From: a virus
DNA length: 64,000 nucleotides
Strand: one strand, 5' to 3'
Virus record (IMG/VR): IMGVR_UViG_3300020162_002681
Coordinates: 1 to 64,000 of that record
Shown one piece after another: positions 18,031 through 28,142 of this stretch. Each line of letters opens with the position of its first letter. Positions within the stretch are counted from its first letter, which is position 1. The notes below the pieces were generated by a model. It saw only the letters and a list, made by a program, of their open reading frames with translations, searched no databases and had not been told where the DNA came from. The translations under genes and the position numbers were made by a program.

Positions 18031-18803
18031 ATGAAAAACATCTTCACCAAACTAGCTAATCTATGGAATCGATTCACTCGCGAATCTGAGGACTGGGAAT
18101 ATTTCGAGTATCTCCGCCGACATCCAGACCGAACTCCATTCATCGAAGGTAAAACTAAAGCTGAACTTGCACAAGAATTGCACGATTGGAAAATGCGTTC
18201 AAGTGAACAGGCTCAAACAATAATGAAATTGGAATCTGAAATAAAAGCTCAAGAGAAAAGCTTTTGGGACAGAATTAAAAGAAGTTACAAACAGGTACTC
18301 CGATGAGCAGCAATACACCAGCATCAATCTTTCAACTCGGTCAAACTATACCCGAAGTTCATCAGTTTATCGACCTTTGGCAACACGGCAGACTTGATTG
18401 GAACACTTGTCTCCTAGAGATGCACAAAGCTTTAGTACAAAGATGCATAGAGTTAAATGACAAATGGAAAGTTGGTCTAGACATCTCCGAAAAGATGTTT
18501 ACTATATCTGAAATTCTGAAGCCATCCCCTTTTTATTTTGGGTACTCTTTGGAGGAACAAAGAAATATAATTCAAGCTATTCACATTGTCGCAAATATGC
18601 TTTATCATCTGTTAGATTTCGCAAAGAGAACCGTAGAGACTAGGCACATTAGTCAAATTATGTGTTATAAAGATGGACGCAGAGAATTTCACTACAGCGA
18701 TGGTCACGTAGAGGCTTGGGAAAATGACGGGCAACTTCTTAATTTTGAAATACCTGCACAAGCTGGAGAATGTGGAAAACCACAGAAGCTGGACTTTAGC
18801 TGA
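18031..18803 (+). CDS. Two hypothetical proteins (18031-18306, 18303-18803)
   Basis: Coupled ORFs; the first ATG lies 6 nt after TAAACT. Confidence 0.7.
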
Positions 18804-19659
18804 TTGCCCAGTTTGCGGTGAACATAAACTCAAAATCGTAACAGAAGGAAAGAAATATGGCGCATTCGGTTGTTATTCTAAAAAGGAATGTCATAAGCTT
18901 CGCAAAGAGGGTGTAGGCTACCAACCAAGTTTAATTTCAGCTAAGTTGCAAGAAGGTGAGTTTCGACCAAAGCGCCGTAGTTCAGCCTTGCGGCAGATAA
19001 AACTTCCGCCCCTTCGCGATATAGTAAAACCGCTAGAACTTAACTTACAGGAAGTCGATGTCACTCAATTCTTTTCTTCTGTCCCTTACGAGAAACCTTG
19101 GTCTACCTACTTTGAAGATGGAGATAAATTTACCATATACCCTTATGATGATTTTCAACTCATTCGTATAGACCCCTCACCTCACAAACATGAAAAGAAA
19201 TTCTTCTACTTTCGTATCAAGAAGTCTGGTAATTGGGTCAACGAAGTCCCTGTTTCTTTCAAACACGTACCCGTTTACCGTTCCGACTATCTACAACATT
19301 CAGTCATTTTCTGTGAAGGGGAGAAAGTTGCCTCTTGTCTACAAGAGCTACAACTCGCGGCAGTTAGTTTCCCCAGCTTTGTATACCAACAGTCATACCT
19401 CGCTAAGTTCTTAAGATGTTTGAGCCACAATAAAGTAAAAAACATTATCTATCTTGAAGATAATGACACTACAGGAAGAGAAAAAGCACAGAAATTCTTA
19501 CAAGAAGCATGGAAGAGTGGCATAAATGCGTCAAGCTACAACATCGCGCAACTATTAGGGCGAGGTGCAGAAAAGAATTACGACGCGGCTGACGCAATCG
19601 ACAATTGGGAAATCTGTACTAGAGAAGAATTATTAGGATTATTAAAAAATGCTGTATGA
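18724..19659 (+). CDS. DNA primase (Zn finger + TOPRIM)
   Basis: CPVC...C...CH zinc-binding domain; FCEGEK and EDNDTTG TOPRIM motifs. Confidence 0.85.
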   Translation: MTGNFLILKYLHKLENVENHRSWTLADCPVCGEHKLKIVTEGKKYGAFGCYSKKECHKLRKEGVGYQPSLISAKLQEGEFRPKRRSSALRQIKLPPLRDIVKPLELNLQEVDVTQFFSSVPYEKPWSTYFEDGDKFTIYPYDDFQLIRIDPSPHKHEKKFFYFRIKKSGNWVNEVPVSFKHVPVYRSDYLQHSVIFCEGEKVASCLQELQLAAVSFPSFVYQQSYLAKFLRCLSHNKVKNIIYLEDNDTTGREKAQKFLQEAWKSGINASSYNIAQLLGRGAEKNYDAADAIDNWEICTREELLGLLKNAV

Positions 19660-21313
19660 CCCTGCACTTGGATTAGAGAAAATTGACTTTACACTCGAAA
19701 ATAAAACACAGATTTTCGCAGAATATCAGCAAGATTTGCGCGAATACATCGCTACATTGAGTGACAAAGATTTACAGAATAAGAAGTTGGTCAAGCGCTA
19801 TTTGATGTCTTGCCTTGAAAAGAAGTGGTATCCAATTTTGGGCTTCGACTCTAAAGTGATTAACCACGACATCGAAGATATTGTTGCTCCTAAGCCTACA
19901 TTCGAGCGCAGTGTCAACATTCGTGACGTTCTCGCTAGTTATGACCCGACCGATAACTGGCTTATCCCCAACTTCCTCCGTACTTCAGGGCTTTACATCT
20001 TTGGCGCTGCCCCTAAGACTGGAAAATCGCTTATGGGCTATCATCTCGCCTACTCATTCATCATCTCAGGCAGATTTTTGGGTATGCCCGTTCGCAAAGG
20101 GAAGGTTCTCTACTTTCAATTAGAAGAAGACCGCAGAACTATAGCAGAACGCGCCCACATGACAGGTTTCGGCGCTAAAAACAACAACGAAGTCAGCTTG
20201 CAAGTTAACTTTGACCCTGACTGTCTGGTATTCGAGCGCTTATTTGACGCTACTATCGATATCCCTTACCTTCAGCAGCAGATTATTAAGCATCAGCCTA
20301 CATTGGTCATCATCGACTCTCTTCGCGCCTCTACAAGCAATTCAGAACATTCTGAAAATACGTCAGAGTTCGGTAAAATCATAGCTAAAATTCAGGCAGT
20401 ATTCGTACAGACAGATACTTGTGGCATTCTCATTCACCACTTCAGTAAACAAGGTGCTAAGGATGGTAAAAAAGGCAATCTGGTAGCTGCTTTGTCAGGT
20501 TCTACGAGCATCGCGTCCAACTCATCGGGAATTATCGGCATTTTTAAGAAAAAGGAAGACGAATATAGCTCCGACAACAACTTACCAATCACTTTAACGA
20601 CACTTCCGCGCCAAGGCAAGCCAATTACCATTGAGTACCGCCAAATTACACAGGAGGACGGTCTGTGGGGTCTTGAGGTGCTGTCTGAGTCGCAAACACT
20701 TGATGATAACTTGACTGGCAAGCTGCTACGATTCTTCTCGACTAACCCTGACAAAGAATTTACGTTGAACGACCTCAGCACCCTTGGTTCTACGTTTGAG
20801 TTGAAGCAAAGTCTACTATGTCTTGTAGATAACCAGAGCATTATTCAGAAGCACAATGGCACTACTAATGTCTATGCGATGCCGTCTGAGTCACTTTGGA
20901 TGATTGAGCCTGAGAAAGCCGCTAAGCAATACTCTCCTGCCGTTCTTGACGCACATACGATGATGCAACTACGTGACAAACGCGCCCTCTACGACCTAAC
21001 ACACGATTGGACTGCCGAACGCCGCAAAGCTGCTCTCAAACTTCTTTTTTCTGACGAGGAGCGTGAGCGACTGAAGCAACTGACAACTTCGTTCTTATAT
21101 CAAGTTGGTGATGTTATATCGCACAATGGCGAAGATTTCACTGTAACCGCAAGAAGCGAAAAAGCAAGTTTGCGCGAGGTGACTTACACAGTAGTAGATG
21201 ATTCTGGAACAGAGTATGTCTTAGAGGAGATGTTAATCGACGGTATTGCTGGTAATGTAGTTGTCACTGACAGTACAGTTGTAACTGGGGAGAATATTGA
21301 AGATGAGTTCTAA
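19649..21313 (+). CDS. RepA/AAA_25-type replicative helicase
   Basis: AAPKTGKS, VLYFQLEE, LVIIDSL, IHHFSK, SGSTSI. Confidence 0.85.
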   Translation: MLYDPALGLEKIDFTLENKTQIFAEYQQDLREYIATLSDKDLQNKKLVKRYLMSCLEKKWYPILGFDSKVINHDIEDIVAPKPTFERSVNIRDVLASYDPTDNWLIPNFLRTSGLYIFGAAPKTGKSLMGYHLAYSFIISGRFLGMPVRKGKVLYFQLEEDRRTIAERAHMTGFGAKNNNEVSLQVNFDPDCLVFERLFDATIDIPYLQQQIIKHQPTLVIIDSLRASTSNSEHSENTSEFGKIIAKIQAVFVQTDTCGILIHHFSKQGAKDGKKGNLVAALSGSTSIASNSSGIIGIFKKKEDEYSSDNNLPITLTTLPRQGKPITIEYRQITQEDGLWGLEVLSESQTLDDNLTGKLLRFFSTNPDKEFTLNDLSTLGSTFELKQSLLCLVDNQSIIQKHNGTTNVYAMPSESLWMIEPEKAAKQYSPAVLDAHTMMQLRDKRALYDLTHDWTAERRKAALKLLFSDEERERLKQLTTSFLYQVGDVISHNGEDFTVTARSEKASLREVTYTVVDDSGTEYVLEEMLIDGIAGNVVVTDSTVVTGENIEDEF

Positions 21314-21518
21314 GATGAAGAGACTATTTCTGCGTCACTATTTGACGTTATCCGCTTTCTTGTTAGGTCTTGCTTTGACCTTTTTTGTAGGGGGTTTTGT
21401 TGCTCTAGGATTAAACAACAATCAATGGGCAACTTTTAATTTCTATCGTGCTGGAGTGTTTGGCTTTGCAACTACATCTATTTCGTTTATTGGAGGGTCA
21501 ATCAGAAGTGGGGACTAA
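21303..21518 (+). CDS. Small membrane protein
   Basis: Two hydrophobic segments. Confidence 0.55.
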   Translation: MSSKMKRLFLRHYLTLSAFLLGLALTFFVGGFVALGLNNNQWATFNFYRAGVFGFATTSISFIGGSIRSGD

Positions 21519-22065
21519 AAAATTCTATGCTGGTATTGGTAGTCGTGAAACTCCTCAAGATGTACTTGAATCAATGCAGTATATTGCTGGCAAACTCTAT
21601 GAAAGATGGTATACACTTCGTTCTGGAGGAGCAAGAGGTGCTGACGAAGCATTTGCATCAGGTGTAAAAGAGTTTGCTTCTGGTAAGACTACAAACAACT
21701 ACAAAATCTATCTGCCTTGGGATGGCTTTAATGACCATCACCATAACCCCTCGAAAGGTTACTTTGATTGCTCTAGAGCATCTACTTGGGACGAGGCTCT
21801 AGAGCTGGTCAACAAATACCACCCCGCACCTGAAAAGCTAGGCGATTTTGCACGTAAATTGATGGCTCGAAATGCATACCAAGTTCTCAGCACTACACTA
21901 AAAGACCCCGTAGATTTTGTAATTTGTTGGACAAAAGGTGGTAAACTGGTTGGCGGAACTGCTCAAGCGATGAAAATTGCAATAGATTTTGGAGTGCCAA
22001 TTTACAATTTGGCGAATGTCGAAGATATACGAAGATTACACGAAGAGGTATTGGATTATGACTAG
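21508..22065 (+). CDS. SLOG/DprA-like nucleotide-binding protein
   Basis: YAGIGSRETP, LRSGGARGAD, ARNAYQVL, GGTAQA; GTG start after GGAGG. Confidence 0.8.
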   Translation: MGTKKFYAGIGSRETPQDVLESMQYIAGKLYERWYTLRSGGARGADEAFASGVKEFASGKTTNNYKIYLPWDGFNDHHHNPSKGYFDCSRASTWDEALELVNKYHPAPEKLGDFARKLMARNAYQVLSTTLKDPVDFVICWTKGGKLVGGTAQAMKIAIDFGVPIYNLANVEDIRRLHEEVLDYD

Positions 22066-22717
22066 AAAAATCATAGCTGCTGTGTCAAATATCAACGGAG
22101 GTAAAGACTTCTTGATGAATAATCTTCAGAAAAAACTTGTTTGGTCTGGCAATTATACGATGCGTACTGTACGTTGTAGGTTTGCAGACTCACTTAACCA
22201 AGCTCTTTGTGCCATTTTAGGTTTAGAAGATTGCAGGGAACTACAAGACCGTCATTTGAAAGAGCTAAAGCGATTCATCTTCGGTAAAAATCATACTGGT
22301 ATTGAACATAAATGGTCTTCAAGAGATTTGCAGAAAGAAATAGGTAGACTTCTTCGTGAATATCTCGGTGAAGATGTGTTTGTTAATGCATTGAGTAATC
22401 GCTATAGTAGCCCAAAAGCTATTTTACTCATCTCAGATTTACGTTATCAAAACGAACTCGATTGGGTGAAGCGACAAGGTGGGAAAATCGTGTACATTCA
22501 CAATGAAGCTGCTGCTCAAGCTCAGAAAGCAAGAGAGATGGTGACTTGGGATTGTGGTAAGAGAGTTCACTATCCACCTGAAAGTGAAGTGTTGCAGTGG
22601 GATTTCTACGACAAGGTGGAAACACCTGACTACTGGCTTGACAACAACGATTTCACTGCTACGCAACCTTTTGATGATTTTGTGAAGTTTGTTTTGGAGT
22701 ATTTGGAGGAAGGTTAA
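22058..22717 (+). CDS. Deoxynucleoside monophosphate kinase
   Basis: GGKD P-loop variant, FADSL, R-x-LQ-x-x-G, ISDLRYQNE. Confidence 0.8.
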   Translation: MTRKIIAAVSNINGGKDFLMNNLQKKLVWSGNYTMRTVRCRFADSLNQALCAILGLEDCRELQDRHLKELKRFIFGKNHTGIEHKWSSRDLQKEIGRLLREYLGEDVFVNALSNRYSSPKAILLISDLRYQNELDWVKRQGGKIVYIHNEAAAQAQKAREMVTWDCGKRVHYPPESEVLQWDFYDKVETPDYWLDNNDFTATQPFDDFVKFVLEYLEEG

Positions 22718-23641
22718 GTGGCAGATAGAATTTTAACGATTGACACTTTAAGCCTTTTGAAAGCTGTCAAAGACTCTGGAGGACTTACTTCATTCAATTA
22801 CTATTTGCAAGTCCTTAAAGGGCAAGTTCACCTAGCTGTGTCGTCTAATCAAGATTGGCTACTATACAAGCTAGAAGGTGAGTTCTTGCCTGAAGAACAA
22901 TTGATTTTTACATTGTCTTCTAGTTTTATTTCCGAGTTTAGTAGCTGTCGCATTAAAGATGTGAAAGTCGGCATCGAAGAATTTTTCACATTGACCGATA
23001 CTGGCGCATTAACTATCGTCGGTTTTGGCGAACATTTACTAGAAATTGTAGATATAGTGATACCTTCATTTGATGTCTCTGATATTGTTGAAGATGTTAT
23101 CTCGACTAAAACTTTCCCCACCAAAGATTTACCAAGTAACGTTTACAGCGCATTATTGCTGACACCAGACTATCTAATTGGGCATAAGCAAGAGTTATTC
23201 AGTGTGCGCCTATCAATGAGGCTTGATGTTGAGTTCGAGCCAATTGCAATAACTTCACCGTCACTATTCTCAAAGTTCATCGGCAAAGTAAAAGAAATCC
23301 AATTTACAGATGAGTTCGCACTAGTTACTCCTAAAGGTAGTTGCCTCTACAGGGGTATTACTGGTAAAGTCTACGATGACTACACTTCACTGTACCGTGC
23401 AGCAGATTTGTACCAAGAATATTTAAACGTGCAACTTGACCAACTATTCTCAAACACCGAGGAAGGTATTTATCAGTTCGTGCCTTTCAGCAACAATGCA
23501 ATCACTGAAGAGCAATATAAATGGGTTGCAGCGTTAGTTAAAGAGGCTGACCAACTCATTACAGTGAAATTCAAAGGTCATCTAGCTCTACTTTCCACAG
23601 ACTCCCTCGACATACTAATAGCGGCACTTGCAAGACCATGA
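22718..23641 (+). CDS. Hypothetical protein, possibly a divergent beta sliding clamp
   Basis: 307 aa, acidic, coupled to the polymerase gene. ILTIDTLSLLKAV and RGITGKVYDDY weakly recall DnaN. Confidence 0.45.
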   Translation: MADRILTIDTLSLLKAVKDSGGLTSFNYYLQVLKGQVHLAVSSNQDWLLYKLEGEFLPEEQLIFTLSSSFISEFSSCRIKDVKVGIEEFFTLTDTGALTIVGFGEHLLEIVDIVIPSFDVSDIVEDVISTKTFPTKDLPSNVYSALLLTPDYLIGHKQELFSVRLSMRLDVEFEPIAITSPSLFSKFIGKVKEIQFTDEFALVTPKGSCLYRGITGKVYDDYTSLYRAADLYQEYLNVQLDQLFSNTEEGIYQFVPFSNNAITEEQYKWVAALVKEADQLITVKFKGHLALLSTDSLDILIAALARP

Positions 23642-25542
23642 AAATACAGTACATTACCCTATTACCTGACCTAAAAAAATATCTTCATGAGATTCTTGAT
23701 ACTGCTAAGAGATATATCGCATTAGATACAGAAACTAGTGGACTCGACCCACACACTTCCGATATCTCTATAATTCAACTTTACAACGGTACAGGTACTT
23801 GCTATATCATAGACTGGCTTGCCCTAAAGTGTTCACAGGCTATTAAATATTTCAACGGGTTCCTAAAACAAGCTAAGGAACGCAAATTTGTAATTGCTTT
23901 TCAAAATGCAAAGTTCGACATTAAGTTCTTGTGGAAAGCTGGCATTGAGACATCGGAAAACAACATTTTTGATACCATGATTGCGGCGCAATTAATTGGC
24001 GCAGGTATTGAACATAATTTCGGGATGAAAGATATTGCTTCCCGCTATTTAGGTATTTTGGTCAGTAAAGAAGAACAGAGAAGTGATTGGACTATTCGAC
24101 CACTAAGCCCTGAGCAACTTAACTATGCTGCTGATGATGGGAAAGTGACCTACGACCTCGCGCAAGTACTCAAAGAGCGATTATTAGCCGAGGATTTGGG
24201 TAATGTGTTCCGTCTGGAAATGAGAACCGTCTTTGCGACCGCAGCAATGGAGTGGTTTGGGATGCCTGTGGATATTCCTCTACTAAAATCACTTGAGCCA
24301 GCCTATACAAAGTTACGCGATGATGCTAAAGAGAATTTCTTAGGTTTAGTAAAAGACAGATGGATTAAGAAAGATTTATTTGGCAATGTGCTTGATGAAG
24401 GACTTAATTTATCATCCTCTCAGCAAATCTTACCTATTCTGCGTGGTTGGGGCGTGGAAAATCCTAATTACAAACCCAAGACCGCTAAAGGATGGAAAGA
24501 AGGTGATGACGATAAACTGATTCGTAGCACAGACAAAAATACCTACAAACTGCTAGACTTAGAAAAGCATCCTGAGTTGGTGACTTTGATGCAGTATAAG
24601 CAATATGACAAGTTGTTGACAGGCTATGTTTATCAGCTACCTACACTCATCAACCCTGTTACTGGTAGATTGCACGTTCGGTTCAATCAGTGTGTCTCTA
24701 CGGGTCGTTTTAGCTGCTCCGCACCAAATTTACAAACCTTACCTAGAGCAGATGGAAGTGAACTAAATATCCGCAAGTGTTTTTCTGCCCCTACTGGCTC
24801 GAAGCTGCTGTCACTGGATTATGCTCAGATTGAGCTTCGGGTGATGGCAGAGATTCTATACGTGAGATTTGGCGATAGAACTCAGTTACAAGAGTTTCTT
24901 GACGGTAAAGACCCATACGCCGCTAGTGCTGCTGGTCTAAGCAATATGACTTATGAACAGTTCCAGCAATTAGAGAAACCAGAATATAAAAAACGCCGAC
25001 AATCCGCTAAGGCTGTGCGATTGGGGTTTGCTTACGGGATGCAGTCTGCTAAATTTAAGAGCTATGCTAGACAGACCTATGGTGTTACTATGTCTGCTAA
25101 GGAAGCCGAAGCAAGTCGAGACCGATATTTCAAACTGTATCCCGCACTACAAAAGTATCACGACAGTTTCAAGAGCAAATCTACATTGACCTGTAGGACT
25201 GCTGAACCATTTAAGCGTATTCGTAAATGGGCTGAGTATGCTGGTGTGCCTCAATTAGCCAATTTTCCAGTGCAAGGGGGTAGCGCCGATATGCAAAAAC
25301 TTGCTATGGCAATGGCTTACGAGAGATTATACGCTGCTGGCTATTCCCCTTTACAGTCGAACGATATTAAATTAGTCATGACTATTCATGATGAAATTGT
25401 TATTGAAGTTGTAGAGTCTAAAGGTGAGTTCGCTAAAGAGTTATTAGAGAAGTGCATGGTAGAAGCTGGTCAGTTTGTATTGAAGCACGTACCCGTTGAA
25501 GCTGAGGGTAAGTTGATGGATAATTTGAGTGAGAAGGATTAA
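23638..25542 (+). CDS. polA: Family A DNA polymerase with 3'-5' exonuclease
   Basis: DTET, NAKFD and YAADD exonuclease motifs; TGRFS, DYAQIELR, R-x-x-AK...YG, NFPVQG, HDEI. Confidence 0.95.
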   Translation: MKIQYITLLPDLKKYLHEILDTAKRYIALDTETSGLDPHTSDISIIQLYNGTGTCYIIDWLALKCSQAIKYFNGFLKQAKERKFVIAFQNAKFDIKFLWKAGIETSENNIFDTMIAAQLIGAGIEHNFGMKDIASRYLGILVSKEEQRSDWTIRPLSPEQLNYAADDGKVTYDLAQVLKERLLAEDLGNVFRLEMRTVFATAAMEWFGMPVDIPLLKSLEPAYTKLRDDAKENFLGLVKDRWIKKDLFGNVLDEGLNLSSSQQILPILRGWGVENPNYKPKTAKGWKEGDDDKLIRSTDKNTYKLLDLEKHPELVTLMQYKQYDKLLTGYVYQLPTLINPVTGRLHVRFNQCVSTGRFSCSAPNLQTLPRADGSELNIRKCFSAPTGSKLLSLDYAQIELRVMAEILYVRFGDRTQLQEFLDGKDPYAASAAGLSNMTYEQFQQLEKPEYKKRRQSAKAVRLGFAYGMQSAKFKSYARQTYGVTMSAKEAEASRDRYFKLYPALQKYHDSFKSKSTLTCRTAEPFKRIRKWAEYAGVPQLANFPVQGGSADMQKLAMAMAYERLYAAGYSPLQSNDIKLVMTIHDEIVIEVVESKGEFAKELLEKCMVEAGQFVLKHVPVEAEGKLMDNLSEKD

Positions 25543-25544
25543 AT

Positions 25545-25733
25545 ATGGCTAGACTAACAACTGCAAAATTTATTGAGGATGCTAAGGTCAAACATGGTGA
25601 GAGATATGACTATTCTCAAGTATGTTACGTCACTAAGAAAACCCCCGTAACTATAATCTGTAAAGTTCATGGTGCGTTCAATGCTACACCAGAACTCATC
25701 GAATCTGTTATCCAACAAATGACAATATGCTAA
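25545..25733 (+). pseudogene. Truncated DUF723-type homing endonuclease remnant
   Basis: One partial repeat (KHGERYDYS...ICKVHG) similar to 17014-18021; no nuclease domain. Confidence 0.7.
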
Positions 25734-26833
25734 CTAAAAACGAATATCTACTACTCAATCACATCAAAGACTGTGGCAAAGACCTGAGAAGTCTCGGACT
25801 ATCCGAAGAACTCCTGCAAAGCGTGTCAAGTAGCACCAACGAGAAAGGTTTATGGATATACGCAAGGTCGCTCCTGCAACCTAATCACAGCACACTTCTA
25901 TTTACCCGTCCCGAAACTATTGGGGAGTTTGTAGCTGAAGTAAGCTATTACGCTAAGCTTACTAGAGAAGGTCTGGAAGCTATAGAAAACTATACTCCCG
26001 AAGACAGATGACACTCACCCCAATCCCCAGCATAATACCCACATCAACTAAGTGAAACACATGACTAGCACATTTTTCTCTAAAGCCAAAGAAATCATCT
26101 CCAAATTCATCGAGGATACTAAAGACTTCCTAGATTGGTCTGCCACAGAAATCAAGCGTCAATACTACATTGAAACTCTGAAGGACTTGACAAAAGACTA
26201 CCCTGAAACTGCACTCAAAACTAACAGTCTTCTTTACTTTCTAGACCACGAAAACTACAAGCTAGAAGAGATGCAGTTCGGTATGGTTCCAGACCCTCTC
26301 TACGATTCTATTAAAGCTATTAAGAATCCCGCCAAAGATTGTCCCGATTTCGTCGAACCACCTGACAACTTCGCTTTTGAAACTGAAGAAGAAGCAGATG
26401 CACTCAAGTTTGCAGAGAAAATGCAAGAGCTGTGCCAAAATCACCAAACATTGCTCGACACTGCCCCGTTCTACGCCCCTAAAGAAATTGAAGACGGGTT
26501 CGGTCTACCAGATACCTACGAACCACGATACCCCTACGACAATGAGCCAAGCGCATGATACCTCAAGTAGTCCAAGTCTTCCACCTTTACCCTGAAGCCT
26601 GTGAAGACCTATTTCGATACACTATCACTGGCGAATTAGCCTCTGAAGGTATAGATGGTGTTACTATTCAACTAGAAGAACGTCGAAGCACTGAAAAGCA
26701 TTACAAAGCTAGCGAGACAGTTTCTTTTGACGTAGACGAAGCTAGGGAACTATACAGATGTTTAGGGCTGATTCTGGCTCAATTTGAGGCTAGTAAGGAG
26801 GCTCTTGTTCAGGTTGAGGCTTCTGCGGGATAA
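25727..26833 (+). CDS. Three hypothetical proteins (25727-26011, 26052-26558, 26555-26833)
   Basis: Co-directional ORFs; promoter GACAG-ATGACA-N17-CATAAT at 26003-26036. Confidence 0.7.
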
Positions 26834-27206
26834 GTCCACCTAGCGCTGGCAAAATATAACTAGCCGACAAAGCTACCCCACCAAGCCCAGCACCGATTTT
26901 ACCAAATCTCTTAGCTGTATTTTTAAGCTTACCAAGCCTACCAGCAGCCTGATTCGCGTTAGTACCTTTCACAAAAGCCTGATTATAGTTTTGGCGGTTT
27001 TGGGCATATAAGTCAGCCGCATTTCCGCCAGCAGCTACCTGTTTTTGCACATTAGGTACATTTACATTCTGATTTCTTTTTCTGACGGCTTGCCCAGCAG
27101 TTTTTATCCTATTAAACTCTTCTGGGTCATTCTGTCTCAAGTAGCCAAGACTATCCGCAGTTTTTTGTTGCTCTGGGCTTAGTGCAAAATTCGCAAAGTG
27201 TTGCAT
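26790..27206 (-). CDS. Basic Gln/Asn/Ala-rich protein with glycine-zipper helix, putative internal virion protein
   Basis: N-terminal FANFA; GKIGAGLGGVALSA segment. Confidence 0.65.
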   Translation of the reverse strand: MQHFANFALSPEQQKTADSLGYLRQNDPEEFNRIKTAGQAVRKRNQNVNVPNVQKQVAAGGNAADLYAQNRQNYNQAFVKGTNANQAAGRLGKLKNTAKRFGKIGAGLGGVALSASYILPALGGLIPQKPQPEQEPPY

Positions 27207-27257
27207 TTTCTCTTTTCTGTGTTATCATTTACAACAATTCTACCACCTGATAAACCT

Positions 27258-28000
27258 ATGCTATCATCACCACCACCTGACGAGCCTATCCACAATTTTG
27301 ATTTGTCCCTTCTCAGCAAGCGTATAGCCGAAGTCAAGGATGCAGACGCTCCAATGTCCACGAAGAAACTCGCGCAAGGATTCATCGACAATACAATTAT
27401 ACCTATTCTAAACACACCTCAAATCTACCAGATGCTCCAGAACCCTAAGTTCGTGGAAGAATTGAGTAACCTACTTACTGGTTTCCTTCTTACAGCCCCA
27501 AAAATCGCACCTAAAGCCAATGAGCTATAAAATAATCTGCTCCTATCGCGGAACACCGATGAAAAGCACAGTCGGACTACCAATCGGCGTTCGACTGTTT
27601 CCTCCAGACGCAAACTACTCGTACAGTCGCGTAGAAATCGAGACTAAGGCGCAATTGACACCTGAGCAAGAGAGAAAGCTGTTTAAGATTTTAAGTGATT
27701 GGTTCCTACAACTGAAGAAAGAGGTTTAACATGAAATTATTTCGCATTGTTCGCAACGAGTATTGGGACGAGTATGGTCAATTGACTAAAACTCACTGGA
27801 CTGTTCAAGAAAAGCGTAAATTTCTTTGGTGGTACTACTGGCATACAATTCAGTACCAAGCAGACTACGATTACACTTCACCTATAACCTTCGAGTCAAA
27901 CGAAGCTGCTACCAAGTTTATCGAAGATGTTCTTGTGTCGGGGAAACCTTATTCTCAGTTCATAGATGTTATCGAAGAAGAATTTTCTATATCGACCTAA
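27258..28000 (+). CDS. Three small hypothetical proteins (27258-27530, 27520-27729, 27731-28000)
   Basis: Coupled ORFs. Confidence 0.65.
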
Positions 28001-28142
28001 AGATAGTAGTAAGGCTTACTATGAAAGCTCAAAATCTGAGACTAAAAAAGTAACCTACTCGGACGATATCCCGTTCTAAATTTGCTTGCAGAGAACAACG
28101 AACTGATGATAAACTAGAAAAACTCAAGCAACGAAAAACATA

